From: Mongoliibacter ruber
GTDB lineage: Bacteria; Bacteroidota; Bacteroidia; Cytophagales; Cyclobacteriaceae
Assembly (NCBI RefSeq): GCF_003003005.1
Contig: NZ_PVTR01000001.1
Coordinates: 267,108 to 331,107 of the forward strand
Length of the DNA stretch: 64,000 nt
Direction: 5' to 3'
The notes beneath the pieces were generated by a model, which saw only the letters and a program-made list of their open reading frames with translations, did no database searches and was not told the DNA's origin. Each line of letters begins with the position of its first letter. Position 1 is the first letter of the stretch. A program made the position numbers and the translations under genes. Below, one piece after another: positions 45,527 through 55,159 of the stretch.

Positions 45527-45558
45527 AAAGCAGGTTATATTTAATCTGCTTTTTTTAT
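45527..45558 (+). terminator. rho-independent terminator
   Basis: AAAGCAG/CTGCTTT stem followed by TTTTTTTATTTT. Confidence 0.55.
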
Positions 45559-45626
45559 TTTCCCTTTGAAGGCTTAATGTTGTCCCGTATATTTCGGAAA
45601 ATTTATAGAACTAAAAACACAAAAAT

Positions 45627-45767
45627 ATGACCTTGTTAGAAATATTTAGCTCTCCGATTGCTTCCGGTGCCCAAACTTTTATCCTGATCGTATGCATCTT
45701 GATTGGACTTGGAGCAGGAATCAGCGCTATTGACGTAAAAAACACTAAAGAACCAAAAGAAAAATAA
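45627..45767 (+). CDS. unannotated small membrane protein (~46 aa)
   Basis: MTLLEIFSSPIASGAQTFILIVCILIGLGAGISAIDVKNTKEPKEK; bracketed by two terminators; below track length cut-off. Confidence 0.3.
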   Translation: MTLLEIFSSPIASGAQTFILIVCILIGLGAGISAIDVKNTKEPKEK

Positions 45768-45768
45768 A

Positions 45769-45795
45769 AGAGGTCGATAAGACCTCTTTTTTTAT
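45769..45795. terminator. bidirectional rho-independent terminator
   Basis: AGAGGTC-gataa-GACCTCT followed by TTTTTTT; T-rich on other strand. Confidence 0.65.
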
Positions 45796-45805
45796 AAATG
45801 ATTTT

Positions 45806-47389
45806 TTAATGGACATTGCCCATCAACTTTCTTATGGGCTTGCTAATCAAGAGTAATAAGAGCCCTGCACCAACAGCAATAGATACAATCAGAAAATACT
45901 GGCTGGGCATTTCAGCCAAAGCATCTTCTGTGCCCCCACTTACTTCTCCTGAGATCAAACCTGCAAAGAGATTTCCCAAAGCAACTGAGATGAACCACAT
46001 GCCCATCATTTGGCCTTGAAATTTCTTAGGGGCCAGTTTAGTAGTAAGACTTAGTCCAACAGGACTCAGGCTCAACTCTCCAAAAGTATGGAGCATATAA
46101 GTAAACACCAGCCAAGTCGGTGCTGCTAATTCTCCTGATGCAGCAATCTTAGCTGCAAAATACATCACCAAGAAGCCCAAACCGAGTAAAATCAAGCCAA
46201 AAGCAAATTTTGCTGGTGAACTTGGTTCAAGATTTCTCCTGCCTAACCACACCCACATAGCCCCAAAAAACGGAGCGAATATGATGATGAACATCGAGTT
46301 GATGGATTGAAAATAACCGGTAGGTATTTCCCAGCCTAAAAACGATCTGTCTGTAAATCTTTCTGCAAAAAGATTCAGCGTACTTCCTGCTTGTTCAAAG
46401 CCTGACCAAAACAAGGCTGAAAATAAAATTACAATTACTATCGCACCTGTCTTTTTCTTTTCGTCCGACGTAAGCCCTCCAAAAGCAAAAACATAGGCAA
46501 AATATACTACTGTAATCACTCCTATAATCTTATACGATAACCTAGCGATACCAAAAGCATCAATTTCTACAAAACCGGTAAAAACTATTGCAACCAACAA
46601 AAACAATGCAACGACAAAAGCCAATCCACCCCTTTTCATCGATTTCAATTTTCTTTCCTCGGATTCACCTTGAGGAGGCAATAGTTCTCCTTTACCTTCT
46701 AGGGTTCCCAATGACATCTTATATTGAATCAAACCTATCACCATACCAAGTCCAGCCAATCCAAAACCGAAATGCCAATCGTATACTGCTACAGTGGAAC
46801 AAGCTATAGGCGCTATGAATGCCCCTAGGTTGATACCCATATAGAAGATAGAAAAACCCGCATCCCTTTTAGTACTGCCATCTGGATACAGTTGGCCTAC
46901 TATCGAACTGATATTTGGCTTCAGCAAGCCTGTACCGACAACAATCAGAATCAATCCCAGGAAAAATGAATTGGTATCCAAGCTATCCAATGAGTTTTTT
47001 TGGAGGGATTCTCCGAAAAGGCTGAATATGCCGGGAAGTGCCATTGTAAAATGCCCTATAGCTATAATGATCCCACCATACCAAACTGTCTTTTTCAATC
47101 CAAACAACCTATCCGCAAACCATCCCCCTGGCAAGGCTAGCAAATATACCCCCATAGTGTAAAGACCATAGATAGCACCTGAGGTCCTATCATCAAATCC
47201 TAAGCCTCCATCAATCACCGCTGTGGTCATAAAGAGGATTAGCAAAGCCCGCATTCCATAATAACTGAACCTTTCCCACATTTCTGTGAAAAACAGGGTC
47301 ATTAAGCCCTTGGGATGACCAAAAATAGTTGGCCCAGGAAATAATTCTAAATTTCCGTCTGTAGGAACCTTTCCAAATTTATTTTCCAA
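45806..47389 (-). CDS. dtpT: POT/PTR2-family proton-dependent oligopeptide transporter
   Basis: ExxERFxYYG (WERFSYYGMRALLILF), GGWFADRLFG, FYMGINLGAF motifs; 527 aa. Confidence 0.85.
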   Translation of the reverse strand: MENKFGKVPTDGNLELFPGPTIFGHPKGLMTLFFTEMWERFSYYGMRALLILFMTTAVIDGGLGFDDRTSGAIYGLYTMGVYLLALPGGWFADRLFGLKKTVWYGGIIIAIGHFTMALPGIFSLFGESLQKNSLDSLDTNSFFLGLILIVVGTGLLKPNISSIVGQLYPDGSTKRDAGFSIFYMGINLGAFIAPIACSTVAVYDWHFGFGLAGLGMVIGLIQYKMSLGTLEGKGELLPPQGESEERKLKSMKRGGLAFVVALFLLVAIVFTGFVEIDAFGIARLSYKIIGVITVVYFAYVFAFGGLTSDEKKKTGAIVIVILFSALFWSGFEQAGSTLNLFAERFTDRSFLGWEIPTGYFQSINSMFIIIFAPFFGAMWVWLGRRNLEPSSPAKFAFGLILLGLGFLVMYFAAKIAASGELAAPTWLVFTYMLHTFGELSLSPVGLSLTTKLAPKKFQGQMMGMWFISVALGNLFAGLISGEVSGGTEDALAEMPSQYFLIVSIAVGAGLLLLLISKPIRKLMGNVH

Positions 47390-47677
47390 AATACTAGAGT
47401 TAGTTAAATCAAAATTTTTTATTGGCTACAATGATAACTCAAATTTTTGAAATCTACTATTCTAAAAATCCACTATGATAAGGGGTTTTTTGATTGCCAA
47501 ACAACAACTTTTAAGCATTTTTATTCTATATGACTATTCTGATTTATATTCTATAATAATTTAGCAAAAAAACTTTCCGTAATCGATTGAAACGCTTAAT
47601 TAAGCCTGTTCTTTGTTTTTATTAAAATATAATGAGTTATCTTTGAAAGCATAATTTTAGACTATAAAAATAACCTT

Positions 47678-49285
47678 ATGAGTACACAAGAACTCGAAAG
47701 TCAAGCTATGCCTAAAAGCTTATCAGATTTAGGGATTGAAACCTCTAAAAAAGTTTTTTGGAATCTTCAACCTGCAGAATTGGTAGAACATGCAATCAAA
47801 AATCAAGAAGGTGTCTTAACAGATACAGGAGCATTGATGGCTGACACAGGTGCATTTACCGGACGTTCGCCAAAAGATCGTTTTATTGTAAAAGATGAGC
47901 TTACCAGAGACAGTATTTGGTGGGGAGATATTAACATTCCAATAGAGGAACAGAAATTTGATCAGATTTATAGCAAGATGCTTGACTTCATAAAGGACAA
48001 AGACCTTTATGTAAGAGATGCTTATGCTGGTGCAGATCAAAAATACCGTCTCAATATAAGGGTAATCAACACCTTGGCATGGCATAACATGTTTTGTTAT
48101 AACATGTTTTTAAGGCCTTCAAAAGATGAACTAGAAAACTTCAGTAATGAGTTTACCATCATTTGTGCTCCTGATTTCAAAAGCGATCCAAGTGAAGATG
48201 GTACACGTCAAGAGAATTTTGCAATCATCAATTTGAGTAAAAAAATACTTTTAATAGGAGGTACAGCTTATGCTGGAGAGATGAAAAAAGGAATTTTTTC
48301 CGTTTTGAACTTTATACTTCCCCACAAGCACAGTGTACTTTCAATGCATTGCTCGGCCAACGTTGGAAAAAATGGTGACAGTGCAATCTTCTTTGGACTT
48401 TCTGGCACTGGAAAAACTACTTTATCCGCAGATCCAAACAGAGGACTGATTGGCGATGATGAGCATGGCTGGAATGAAGAATCCATCTTCAACTTCGAAG
48501 GAGGATGTTACGCTAAGGTCATCGACTTGACTAGAGAAAAGGAACCGGAAATATGGGATGCCATTAGATTTGGTGCTATAGTAGAAAATACGCGTTTCCT
48601 GCCAAATACAAGAACTGTAGATTATACCAATAAAGAGGTGACTGAAAATACAAGGACCTCCTACCCGATCGAACATATTTTCAATGCCATAACACCATCA
48701 AAAGCGGGTATCCCCAAAAATATTTTCTTCCTTACTGCGGATGCATTTGGAGTCATACCTCCTATTTCCAAACTCAATAAAAGTCAGGCGATGTATCACT
48801 TTATATCAGGCTATACCGCAAAAGTAGCTGGAACTGAAGTTGGTGTAGTAGAACCTAAAACAACTTTCTCTGCATGTTTTGGGGCTGCATTCCTTCCTCT
48901 CCATCCAACAAAGTACGCGGCTTTATTCGGTGAGAAAATGGAAAAACATCAAGTCAATGTGTGGTTGATCAATACTGGATGGACTGGTGGACCTTACGGA
49001 GTAGGCAAAAGGATGAAACTTGCCTATACAAGGGCAATGATCACAGCTGCACTCAACGGTGAACTGGATCATGTTTCTTACCGTCAACATAGCGTTTTCG
49101 GAGTTTCTATTCCTGAAAGCTGTCCAAACGTTCCAGTTGATGTATTGAGCCCAAGAGCTACTTGGTCAGATAGAGAAGCGTATGACAAAAAAGCCAGGGA
49201 GCTTGGAACGGAATTTATCAAAAACTTCGAAAAATACAGCGATTACGCTACTGAGGATATTTTGGCAGGTGCGCCAAAATTTTAG
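47678..49285 (+). CDS. pckA: phosphoenolpyruvate carboxykinase (ATP)
   Basis: FFGLSGTGKTTLSADP kinase-1a loop and full-length collinearity. Confidence 0.95.
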   Translation: MSTQELESQAMPKSLSDLGIETSKKVFWNLQPAELVEHAIKNQEGVLTDTGALMADTGAFTGRSPKDRFIVKDELTRDSIWWGDINIPIEEQKFDQIYSKMLDFIKDKDLYVRDAYAGADQKYRLNIRVINTLAWHNMFCYNMFLRPSKDELENFSNEFTIICAPDFKSDPSEDGTRQENFAIINLSKKILLIGGTAYAGEMKKGIFSVLNFILPHKHSVLSMHCSANVGKNGDSAIFFGLSGTGKTTLSADPNRGLIGDDEHGWNEESIFNFEGGCYAKVIDLTREKEPEIWDAIRFGAIVENTRFLPNTRTVDYTNKEVTENTRTSYPIEHIFNAITPSKAGIPKNIFFLTADAFGVIPPISKLNKSQAMYHFISGYTAKVAGTEVGVVEPKTTFSACFGAAFLPLHPTKYAALFGEKMEKHQVNVWLINTGWTGGPYGVGKRMKLAYTRAMITAALNGELDHVSYRQHSVFGVSIPESCPNVPVDVLSPRATWSDREAYDKKARELGTEFIKNFEKYSDYATEDILAGAPKF

Positions 49286-49317
49286 TCAATTGACACTTTA
49301 GAGTATAACCCAAATGA

Positions 49318-49346
49318 CAGGAGTGCTTCGGCACTCCTTTTTTATT
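49318..49346 (+). terminator. rho-independent terminator after pckA
   Basis: GGAGTGC-ttcg-GCACTCC followed by TTTTTTATT. Confidence 0.7.
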
Positions 49347-49397
49347 CTTTCTTGCTTTACTAGTAGAAATGAATTGCTAATTTTGAAAAAAAATAAA

Positions 49398-49835
49398 ATG
49401 AAAAAAGCTGAAATACTTACCGAAAAAGGCACAATGCTAGTAGAGTTTTACGAGCAAGATGCCCCAAAAACTGTCGAAAATTTTATTAACCTTTCAAAAG
49501 ATGGATTTTATGATGGACTTACTTTTCACCGCGTAATCCCAAACTTTGTGATTCAAGGTGGCTGTCCAAAAGGAAATGGTACAGGTGGACCAGGTTACAA
49601 AATTGATTGTGAATTGAACGGAGACAATCAGTATCATGAAAAAGGAGTGCTTTCAATGGCTCATGCTGGTAGAAATACTGGGGGATCACAGTTTTTCATA
49701 TGCCATAGCAGAGACAATACCAGTCACTTGGACAGAAACCACACCTGTTTTGGAAAAGTGATAGAGGGTCTTGAAATTATCGATGACATCCGACAGGGAG
49801 ATAAAATAGAGAAGATCACCATAATTGAAGAATAA
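49398..49835 (+). CDS. ppiB: cyclophilin-type peptidyl-prolyl cis-trans isomerase
   Basis: [31 protein letters not shown]; start moved to MKKAEIL because the pckA terminator lies inside the longer track ORF. Confidence 0.9.
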   Translation: MKKAEILTEKGTMLVEFYEQDAPKTVENFINLSKDGFYDGLTFHRVIPNFVIQGGCPKGNGTGGPGYKIDCELNGDNQYHEKGVLSMAHAGRNTGGSQFFICHSRDNTSHLDRNHTCFGKVIEGLEIIDDIRQGDKIEKITIIEE

Positions 49836-49843
49836 CAATTTGA

Positions 49844-49874
49844 AAGGCTGTTGAAAGACAGCCTTTTTTGTTTT
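49844..49874 (+). terminator. rho-independent terminator after ppi gene
   Basis: AAGGCTGT/ACAGCCTT stem followed by TTTTGTTTT. Confidence 0.6.
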
Positions 49875-51159
49875 ACCCAAACAGTGCTCCAGCTATGGTT
49901 GCAGTCATCAAACAGGCTAAAGTAGCTGCCAGTAATGCGTGCATTCCCAGCTTTGAAAGATTTCCTTGTTGGTTGGGTGCGATGCTTCCAATACCTCCAA
50001 CTTGAATTGCTATCGAACTGAAATTTGAGAAACCACAAAGTGCATAGGTTGCAATCACCACTGACTTTGGAGATAGACCGCCCGCACTTTTCATCTCTGC
50101 CAAACTCAAATAGGCTACAAATTCATTGATTACCGTTTTTTGACCTAGTAAGGAACCTACTTGAAGTGAATCTGACCACTCTACACCAATTACCCATGCA
50201 AAAACCCTGAAAATTTGACCTAATAAGTATTCCAATGAGAATCCGGCAAACTGTCCGTTTGTAGAGGACACCACATAAGCATTCAATCCTGTGTACTCAC
50301 CTATCAATCCTGAAAGGATATAATTCAAAGCAGCAATCACAGCAATAAATGCCAGAAGCATACCACCTACGTTTAATGCCAATTTCAAACCTTCGGAAGC
50401 ACCGATTGACATTGCATCAATCAAGTTTACTCCCATGTTTTCACCACTGACCTCGAGTTTGTCATTGACGACCTCTTTATCAGTTTCCGGTATAATGATC
50501 TTAGAAATGACAATTGCTGCCGGAGCATTCATAATACTGGCACCAAGAAGGTATGCCGCAAAACGACTTTGTTCCTCTAAACTATCTCCTCCCAAAAAGG
50601 CAACATATCCTGCCAACACCCCACCTGCAATAGTTGCCATTCCTCCAGTCATGAGACACATGAGCTCAGACCGGGACATTGTAGGTATAAATGGTCTTAC
50701 CAAGAGCGGGGCTTCAGTTTGACCAAGGAAAATATTTCCTGCGGCAGAGAGACTTTCAGGTCCTGATAATCTCATGGTACGGGACATCACCCAAGCAATG
50801 ACAAACACCACCTTTTGCAATACTCCCAGATAATATAGACCAGAAGAAACTGTAGAGAAGAAAATAATAGTAGGAAGTACCTTAAATGCGAAAATGAATC
50901 CAAAAGTATCCGTAGCTAAGTCCCCAAAAATAAATAAAGCTCCGTCTTCAGAAAAGCTCAACAACTTTACAAATGCCCTACTGACAACGGCAAAAATCCT
51001 TGCAACGAAATCAACTTTTGTAATCAAAAAACCAAATATGGCCTGTAACACCACTCCTATTCCGACCAATCTCCAATCGACTGCTTTTTTATTGGCAGAA
51101 AATAAAAAGGCGAAAGCTAGAATAACAATGATACCAATGAAACCTCTAAGATAATCCAT
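49873..51159 (-). CDS. nupC: concentrative nucleoside transporter (NupC/CNT family)
   Basis: 428-aa polytopic protein with CNT-family length and helix organisation. Confidence 0.8.
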   Translation of the reverse strand: MDYLRGFIGIIVILAFAFLFSANKKAVDWRLVGIGVVLQAIFGFLITKVDFVARIFAVVSRAFVKLLSFSEDGALFIFGDLATDTFGFIFAFKVLPTIIFFSTVSSGLYYLGVLQKVVFVIAWVMSRTMRLSGPESLSAAGNIFLGQTEAPLLVRPFIPTMSRSELMCLMTGGMATIAGGVLAGYVAFLGGDSLEEQSRFAAYLLGASIMNAPAAIVISKIIIPETDKEVVNDKLEVSGENMGVNLIDAMSIGASEGLKLALNVGGMLLAFIAVIAALNYILSGLIGEYTGLNAYVVSSTNGQFAGFSLEYLLGQIFRVFAWVIGVEWSDSLQVGSLLGQKTVINEFVAYLSLAEMKSAGGLSPKSVVIATYALCGFSNFSSIAIQVGGIGSIAPNQQGNLSKLGMHALLAATLACLMTATIAGALFG

Positions 51160-51230
51160 AAGGAGGGTGCAGAATGGTTAAATAATAAATGAGCCGATTG
51201 AACTTTTGACAATATTGGAAGCAATAATCT

Positions 51231-51265
51231 CTTTAAAAAAGAAAAGCCTGGATAAACCAGGCTTT
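51231..51265 (-). terminator. rho-independent terminator after the 51266..51877 gene
   Basis: AAGCCTGG-ataaa-CCAGGCTT followed on minus strand by TTCTTTTTTAAA. Confidence 0.55.
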
Positions 51266-51877
51266 CTAATTTCTCCTGTTGATTTCGTCCCTTATTCTCG
51301 CAGCCTTTTCATAATCTTCATTATTGATAGCCTTGTCCAAGAGTTGATTCAATTTATCTAAACTGAAATCTTTCAGGGAATCAGAACTTTTACTTGAACT
51401 TGAAGCAGAAGCAGGAGTTTTTTTGGATTTCCCACTCTTTTCATGCTCTCGTCGTTCATCTTCTTCATTAAATTCTATACCTGCTTCTGACATTACTTTT
51501 TTAGAGCAATAAATTGAGGCGTCAAATCTAACCGCTATAGCAATAGCATCAGAGGGACGGGCATCTATTTCTACAGTTTTATTGGAATCTTTACACACGA
51601 TTTTTGCGTAAAACACCCCTTCTCTCATATCTGAAATCAGAATATGATCTATAGAATAGTTAAAATTTGAGGAAAAAGATTTAAAAAGATCATGGGTCAT
51701 TGGCCTATTGGGAATGATTTTTTCAATCTCAATAGCAATGGCCTGAGCTTCAAACATCCCAATTACGATTGGCAATCTTCGAATACCACCCACTTCACCC
51801 ATCACGAGTGTAAATGATCCTGATTGGGAATGATTTGATGATAATCCAAGAATTTCAAGTTCTACAGTTTGATCCAC
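51266..51877 (-). CDS. bifunctional nuclease (BFN/DUF151) with C-terminal UVR motif
   Basis: BFN core; C-terminal DYEKAARIRDEINRR UVR-like helix. Confidence 0.7.
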   Translation of the reverse strand: MDQTVELEILGLSSNHSQSGSFTLVMGEVGGIRRLPIVIGMFEAQAIAIEIEKIIPNRPMTHDLFKSFSSNFNYSIDHILISDMREGVFYAKIVCKDSNKTVEIDARPSDAIAIAVRFDASIYCSKKVMSEAGIEFNEEDERREHEKSGKSKKTPASASSSSKSSDSLKDFSLDKLNQLLDKAINNEDYEKAARIRDEINRRN

Positions 51878-51882
51878 AGGTT

Positions 51883-52851
51883 TTATTTTATGGCTTTTAC
51901 AGCTTCAATTAATTTAGGTAAAACCTCAAATGCGTCCCCAACAATCCCATAATCTGCGGCTTTGAAAAATGGAGCCTCTGGGTCTTTGTTTATGACAACA
52001 ATATATTTAGAGGAATTTACTCCCGCAAGATGTTGAATAGCCCCCGAAATTCCAACTGCTAGGTACAAAGTAGGTGCAACTTTTACTCCAGTCTGTCCTA
52101 CGTGCTCATGATGTGGCCTCCAGCCAATGTCAGAAACAGGCTTAGAGCAACCTGTTGCAGCTCCTAACTCTTTTGCCAATTCCTCTATCATTCCCCAGTT
52201 TTCAGGGCCTTTCATTCCACGACCTCCAGATACTACAACATCAGCTTCGGGTAATAGAATTTCTCCTTCGGCTTTGTCCGTTGAAGTGATTTTTGCAGCA
52301 AAATTTTCATCCGCAATCGATAAACTCACCTTTTCAACTGTAGCTTCAGGACCGTTTGTCAAAAGATCTACAGCATTCTTTTTAACTGCTAATATTTTAT
52401 GGTCTTTATTTACAGTGGTCTCGGCAAATGCTTTTCCTGTGTAAATGCTCCTTTTGACCTTATAACCTCCAGTAGTGTCAGGAAGGTCAACAACGTTGGA
52501 AACCAATCCTGCATCCAGTTTTACAGCAAGTCTTGCAGCCACAGCATCTCCTAAAGATGACTTGGACAACACCAAGGTATTTGCTCCTACTTGCTTGTAG
52601 ACCTGCGCTACAGCATCAGCATGCGCCTGAATTACTCCGGCATCCAAATTTCCATCAGCTACATGCATCACTTTTGATGCTCCAGCTGTACCTGCTATTG
52701 CCAAAGCTTCATCAGAAATTGATCCTAAAGCCAATGCAATTACTTCACCTCCTGAGGTTTTATCCGCTAGGGCTTTACCAAAAGAAACAGCCTCTAAACT
52801 TGTTTTCTTAACCGAACCTTCAGCGTGTTCTATATATACTAAAATTGACAT
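51883..52851 (-). CDS. etfA: electron transfer flavoprotein alpha subunit
   Basis: FAD-binding C-terminus PELYLAVGISGAIQHLAG; paired with etfB. Confidence 0.9.
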   Translation of the reverse strand: MSILVYIEHAEGSVKKTSLEAVSFGKALADKTSGGEVIALALGSISDEALAIAGTAGASKVMHVADGNLDAGVIQAHADAVAQVYKQVGANTLVLSKSSLGDAVAARLAVKLDAGLVSNVVDLPDTTGGYKVKRSIYTGKAFAETTVNKDHKILAVKKNAVDLLTNGPEATVEKVSLSIADENFAAKITSTDKAEGEILLPEADVVVSGGRGMKGPENWGMIEELAKELGAATGCSKPVSDIGWRPHHEHVGQTGVKVAPTLYLAVGISGAIQHLAGVNSSKYIVVINKDPEAPFFKAADYGIVGDAFEVLPKLIEAVKAIK

Positions 52852-52886
52852 ATCTATCTTATTTTCAATTTATTAAATATTTTTAA

Positions 52887-53624
52887 TTAAAGCACTTTTG
52901 CTTCATTTTTCAAAAGTTTCACAAGCTCTTCCACATTGTCTTTGTCGACTAATTTGACAGAACCTTTAGCTGGTGGAAGTTTGAAAGCTGTCACGTCCGT
53001 TGCTACTTCACTATCCACAGCTTCCACCACATTCAAGGGTTTGGTACGGGCTGACATGATTCCCCTCATGTTTGGGATTTTCCATTCGGCTATTGGTTCT
53101 TGGCAGCCTGCGATCAAAGGTAATTTTGCTTCAAGATATTCTTTTCCACCTTCGATTTCTCTTGCCATTTTGACTGTCTCTCCTTCCACATCAAGTTTCA
53201 TAACAGGAGAGATTGAAGGCATTCCCAACAACTCACCTACCATTCCATGAACCATTCCTCCATTAAAATCGATTGACTCTCTACCCATAAGGATAAGATC
53301 ATAACTATTTTCTTTCGCAATAGCGGCAATCTGTCTTGCAACAAAAAGTGCGTCTGTTGGAAAAGCATTTACACGGATAGCGTCATCAGCACCGATAGCA
53401 AGCGCTTTTCTCAAAGTAGGCTCTGTGTCGGCTTCACCTACATTCAAAACAGTCAAAGAGGCACCCAATGCATCTTTAAGCTCTACCGCTCTGGCAAGGG
53501 CATAATCGTCATATGGACCTATTATAAACTGAACGCCACTTTTATCAAACTTGGTGTCGTTGTCAGTAAACTGAATTTTGGATGTAGTATCCGGTACGTG
53601 TGTAATACAAACAAGAATTTTCAT
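52887..53624 (-). CDS. etfB: electron transfer flavoprotein beta subunit
   Basis: MKILVCITHVPDT... EtfB N-terminus; 245 aa. Confidence 0.9.
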   Translation of the reverse strand: MKILVCITHVPDTTSKIQFTDNDTKFDKSGVQFIIGPYDDYALARAVELKDALGASLTVLNVGEADTEPTLRKALAIGADDAIRVNAFPTDALFVARQIAAIAKENSYDLILMGRESIDFNGGMVHGMVGELLGMPSISPVMKLDVEGETVKMAREIEGGKEYLEAKLPLIAGCQEPIAEWKIPNMRGIMSARTKPLNVVEAVDSEVATDVTAFKLPPAKGSVKLVDKDNVEELVKLLKNEAKVL

Positions 53625-53697
53625 CTATGAATATTTAGGTTATTTATTTTTAAATTGCGTGAATTTAGTCATTAGACCATAATTAAAAAAAGATTTC

Positions 53698-54036
53698 ATG
53701 AGCAAAATGTCCCGTCTGGAAATGCTTAAATCGTTTGCAGAACAAGAACCACAAAATCCTTTCAATTGGTATGCTTTGGCCTTGGAGTTCAAAGAGCTTG
53801 ATGTTGAAAAGACAGCTGAATACTTTTCTAAACTTCTTGAAGAATTCCCAGACTACTTGGCAACTTACTATCAGGCAGCTGAATTTTTTGCGGAAATAGA
53901 CCAGCTCTCACTCGCCAACTCTATCTATCTCAAAGGCATTGCTCTTGCTGAAAAACAACAATCTGCCAACACCCTTAGAGAACTCAAAAACAGCTATCAA
54001 AATTTTCTGTTTGAATATGACTTTGAAGACGATTAG
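53698..54036 (+). CDS. hypothetical helical (TPR-like) protein
   Basis: 112-aa all-helical ORF. Confidence 0.4.
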   Translation: MSKMSRLEMLKSFAEQEPQNPFNWYALALEFKELDVEKTAEYFSKLLEEFPDYLATYYQAAEFFAEIDQLSLANSIYLKGIALAEKQQSANTLRELKNSYQNFLFEYDFEDD

Positions 54037-55073
54037 GAAACTTGAATTACCAATTTCCCTAACTGATTGCCTGATTTCATCTTATTAAAAGCTGCCACAG
54101 AATTCTCCAAGGAGAAAACCTCATCTACAATAGGCTTAAGCCTGTTTTCGTCTACAAATTTCAACATGTTGAGGAAGTCAGTATCTGAGCCCATAGTACT
54201 GCCTATCAATTTGATCTGATTCCAGAATACTTTCCTTGTGTTAAATCCTTTAGGATTGCCCTGAGTAGCCCCATAAAATACAATTCTAGCTCCAGGTGCG
54301 CTTGCATTGATCAAATTATCTAAGGTGTCTCCCATTGCACTATCTATAATCAAATCAAAACCACCTGTTTCTTTCAAGGCATCTTTTACCCAATTTTCAT
54401 GGTTGTAGTTGTACACCCCTGAGACGCCAAGCTTTTTAGCTTCCTCAAGTTTGCTATCACTGCTGCTGCTCGTGTAAACTTCTGCACCTAATGAAAGCGC
54501 AAACTGAACAGCCATCTGTGCTACTCCACCACCAAAGCCGGTGACCAATATCTTTTTGGAAGCTTTTGCCTTTCCTTGAACAATCAGAGCCCTATAAGCT
54601 GTAACTCCAGCCAAGGGAAGTGCCGCCGCTTCATGCCAATTCATGTGTAGTGGCTTATGATGCAATCTGTCTGAAGCAACAACCAGATATTGAGCTATCG
54701 TACCATTATCTGGCATTCCTAAAATCCTGAAATCACTTCCCTGAGCCCTTTGGTTTTCACCCCAATGCATTGCAGGATTAATGATGACCTCTTGACCGAT
54801 CCACTTACTATCTACTTGACCACCTACCTCTTTGACTATTCCTGCACCATCGGAGCCTAAAATCACTCCATCTTTTAAATTTGGATATAACCCTTGCCTA
54901 CACCATTCATCCCGGTGATTCAAAGCGGCTGATTTGATCTGGATCAAAACCTGATCTACATTCAAATCAGGAAGTGATACATCTGAGATTTTAATCGCAT
55001 CAGGTAATTCCCTGTCTAAAACTAAAGCTTTCAATATATTTGGATGTATAAAGTTGAAAATAACAAGCTCCAT
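54033..55073 (-). CDS. zinc-type alcohol dehydrogenase/quinone oxidoreductase (MDR superfamily)
   Basis: GroES-like N-domain plus Rossmann GxGxxG (VTGFGGGVAQ). Confidence 0.75.
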   Translation of the reverse strand: MELVIFNFIHPNILKALVLDRELPDAIKISDVSLPDLNVDQVLIQIKSAALNHRDEWCRQGLYPNLKDGVILGSDGAGIVKEVGGQVDSKWIGQEVIINPAMHWGENQRAQGSDFRILGMPDNGTIAQYLVVASDRLHHKPLHMNWHEAAALPLAGVTAYRALIVQGKAKASKKILVTGFGGGVAQMAVQFALSLGAEVYTSSSSDSKLEEAKKLGVSGVYNYNHENWVKDALKETGGFDLIIDSAMGDTLDNLINASAPGARIVFYGATQGNPKGFNTRKVFWNQIKLIGSTMGSDTDFLNMLKFVDENRLKPIVDEVFSLENSVAAFNKMKSGNQLGKLVIQVS

Positions 55074-55159
55074 TTTTGGAGCCAGCGCTAAAACTACAAA
55101 ATTAACACCCCGCTAAAAGTAAAAGTTTTGATTATACCTTTAAATTCAAAAAGAAGGTA

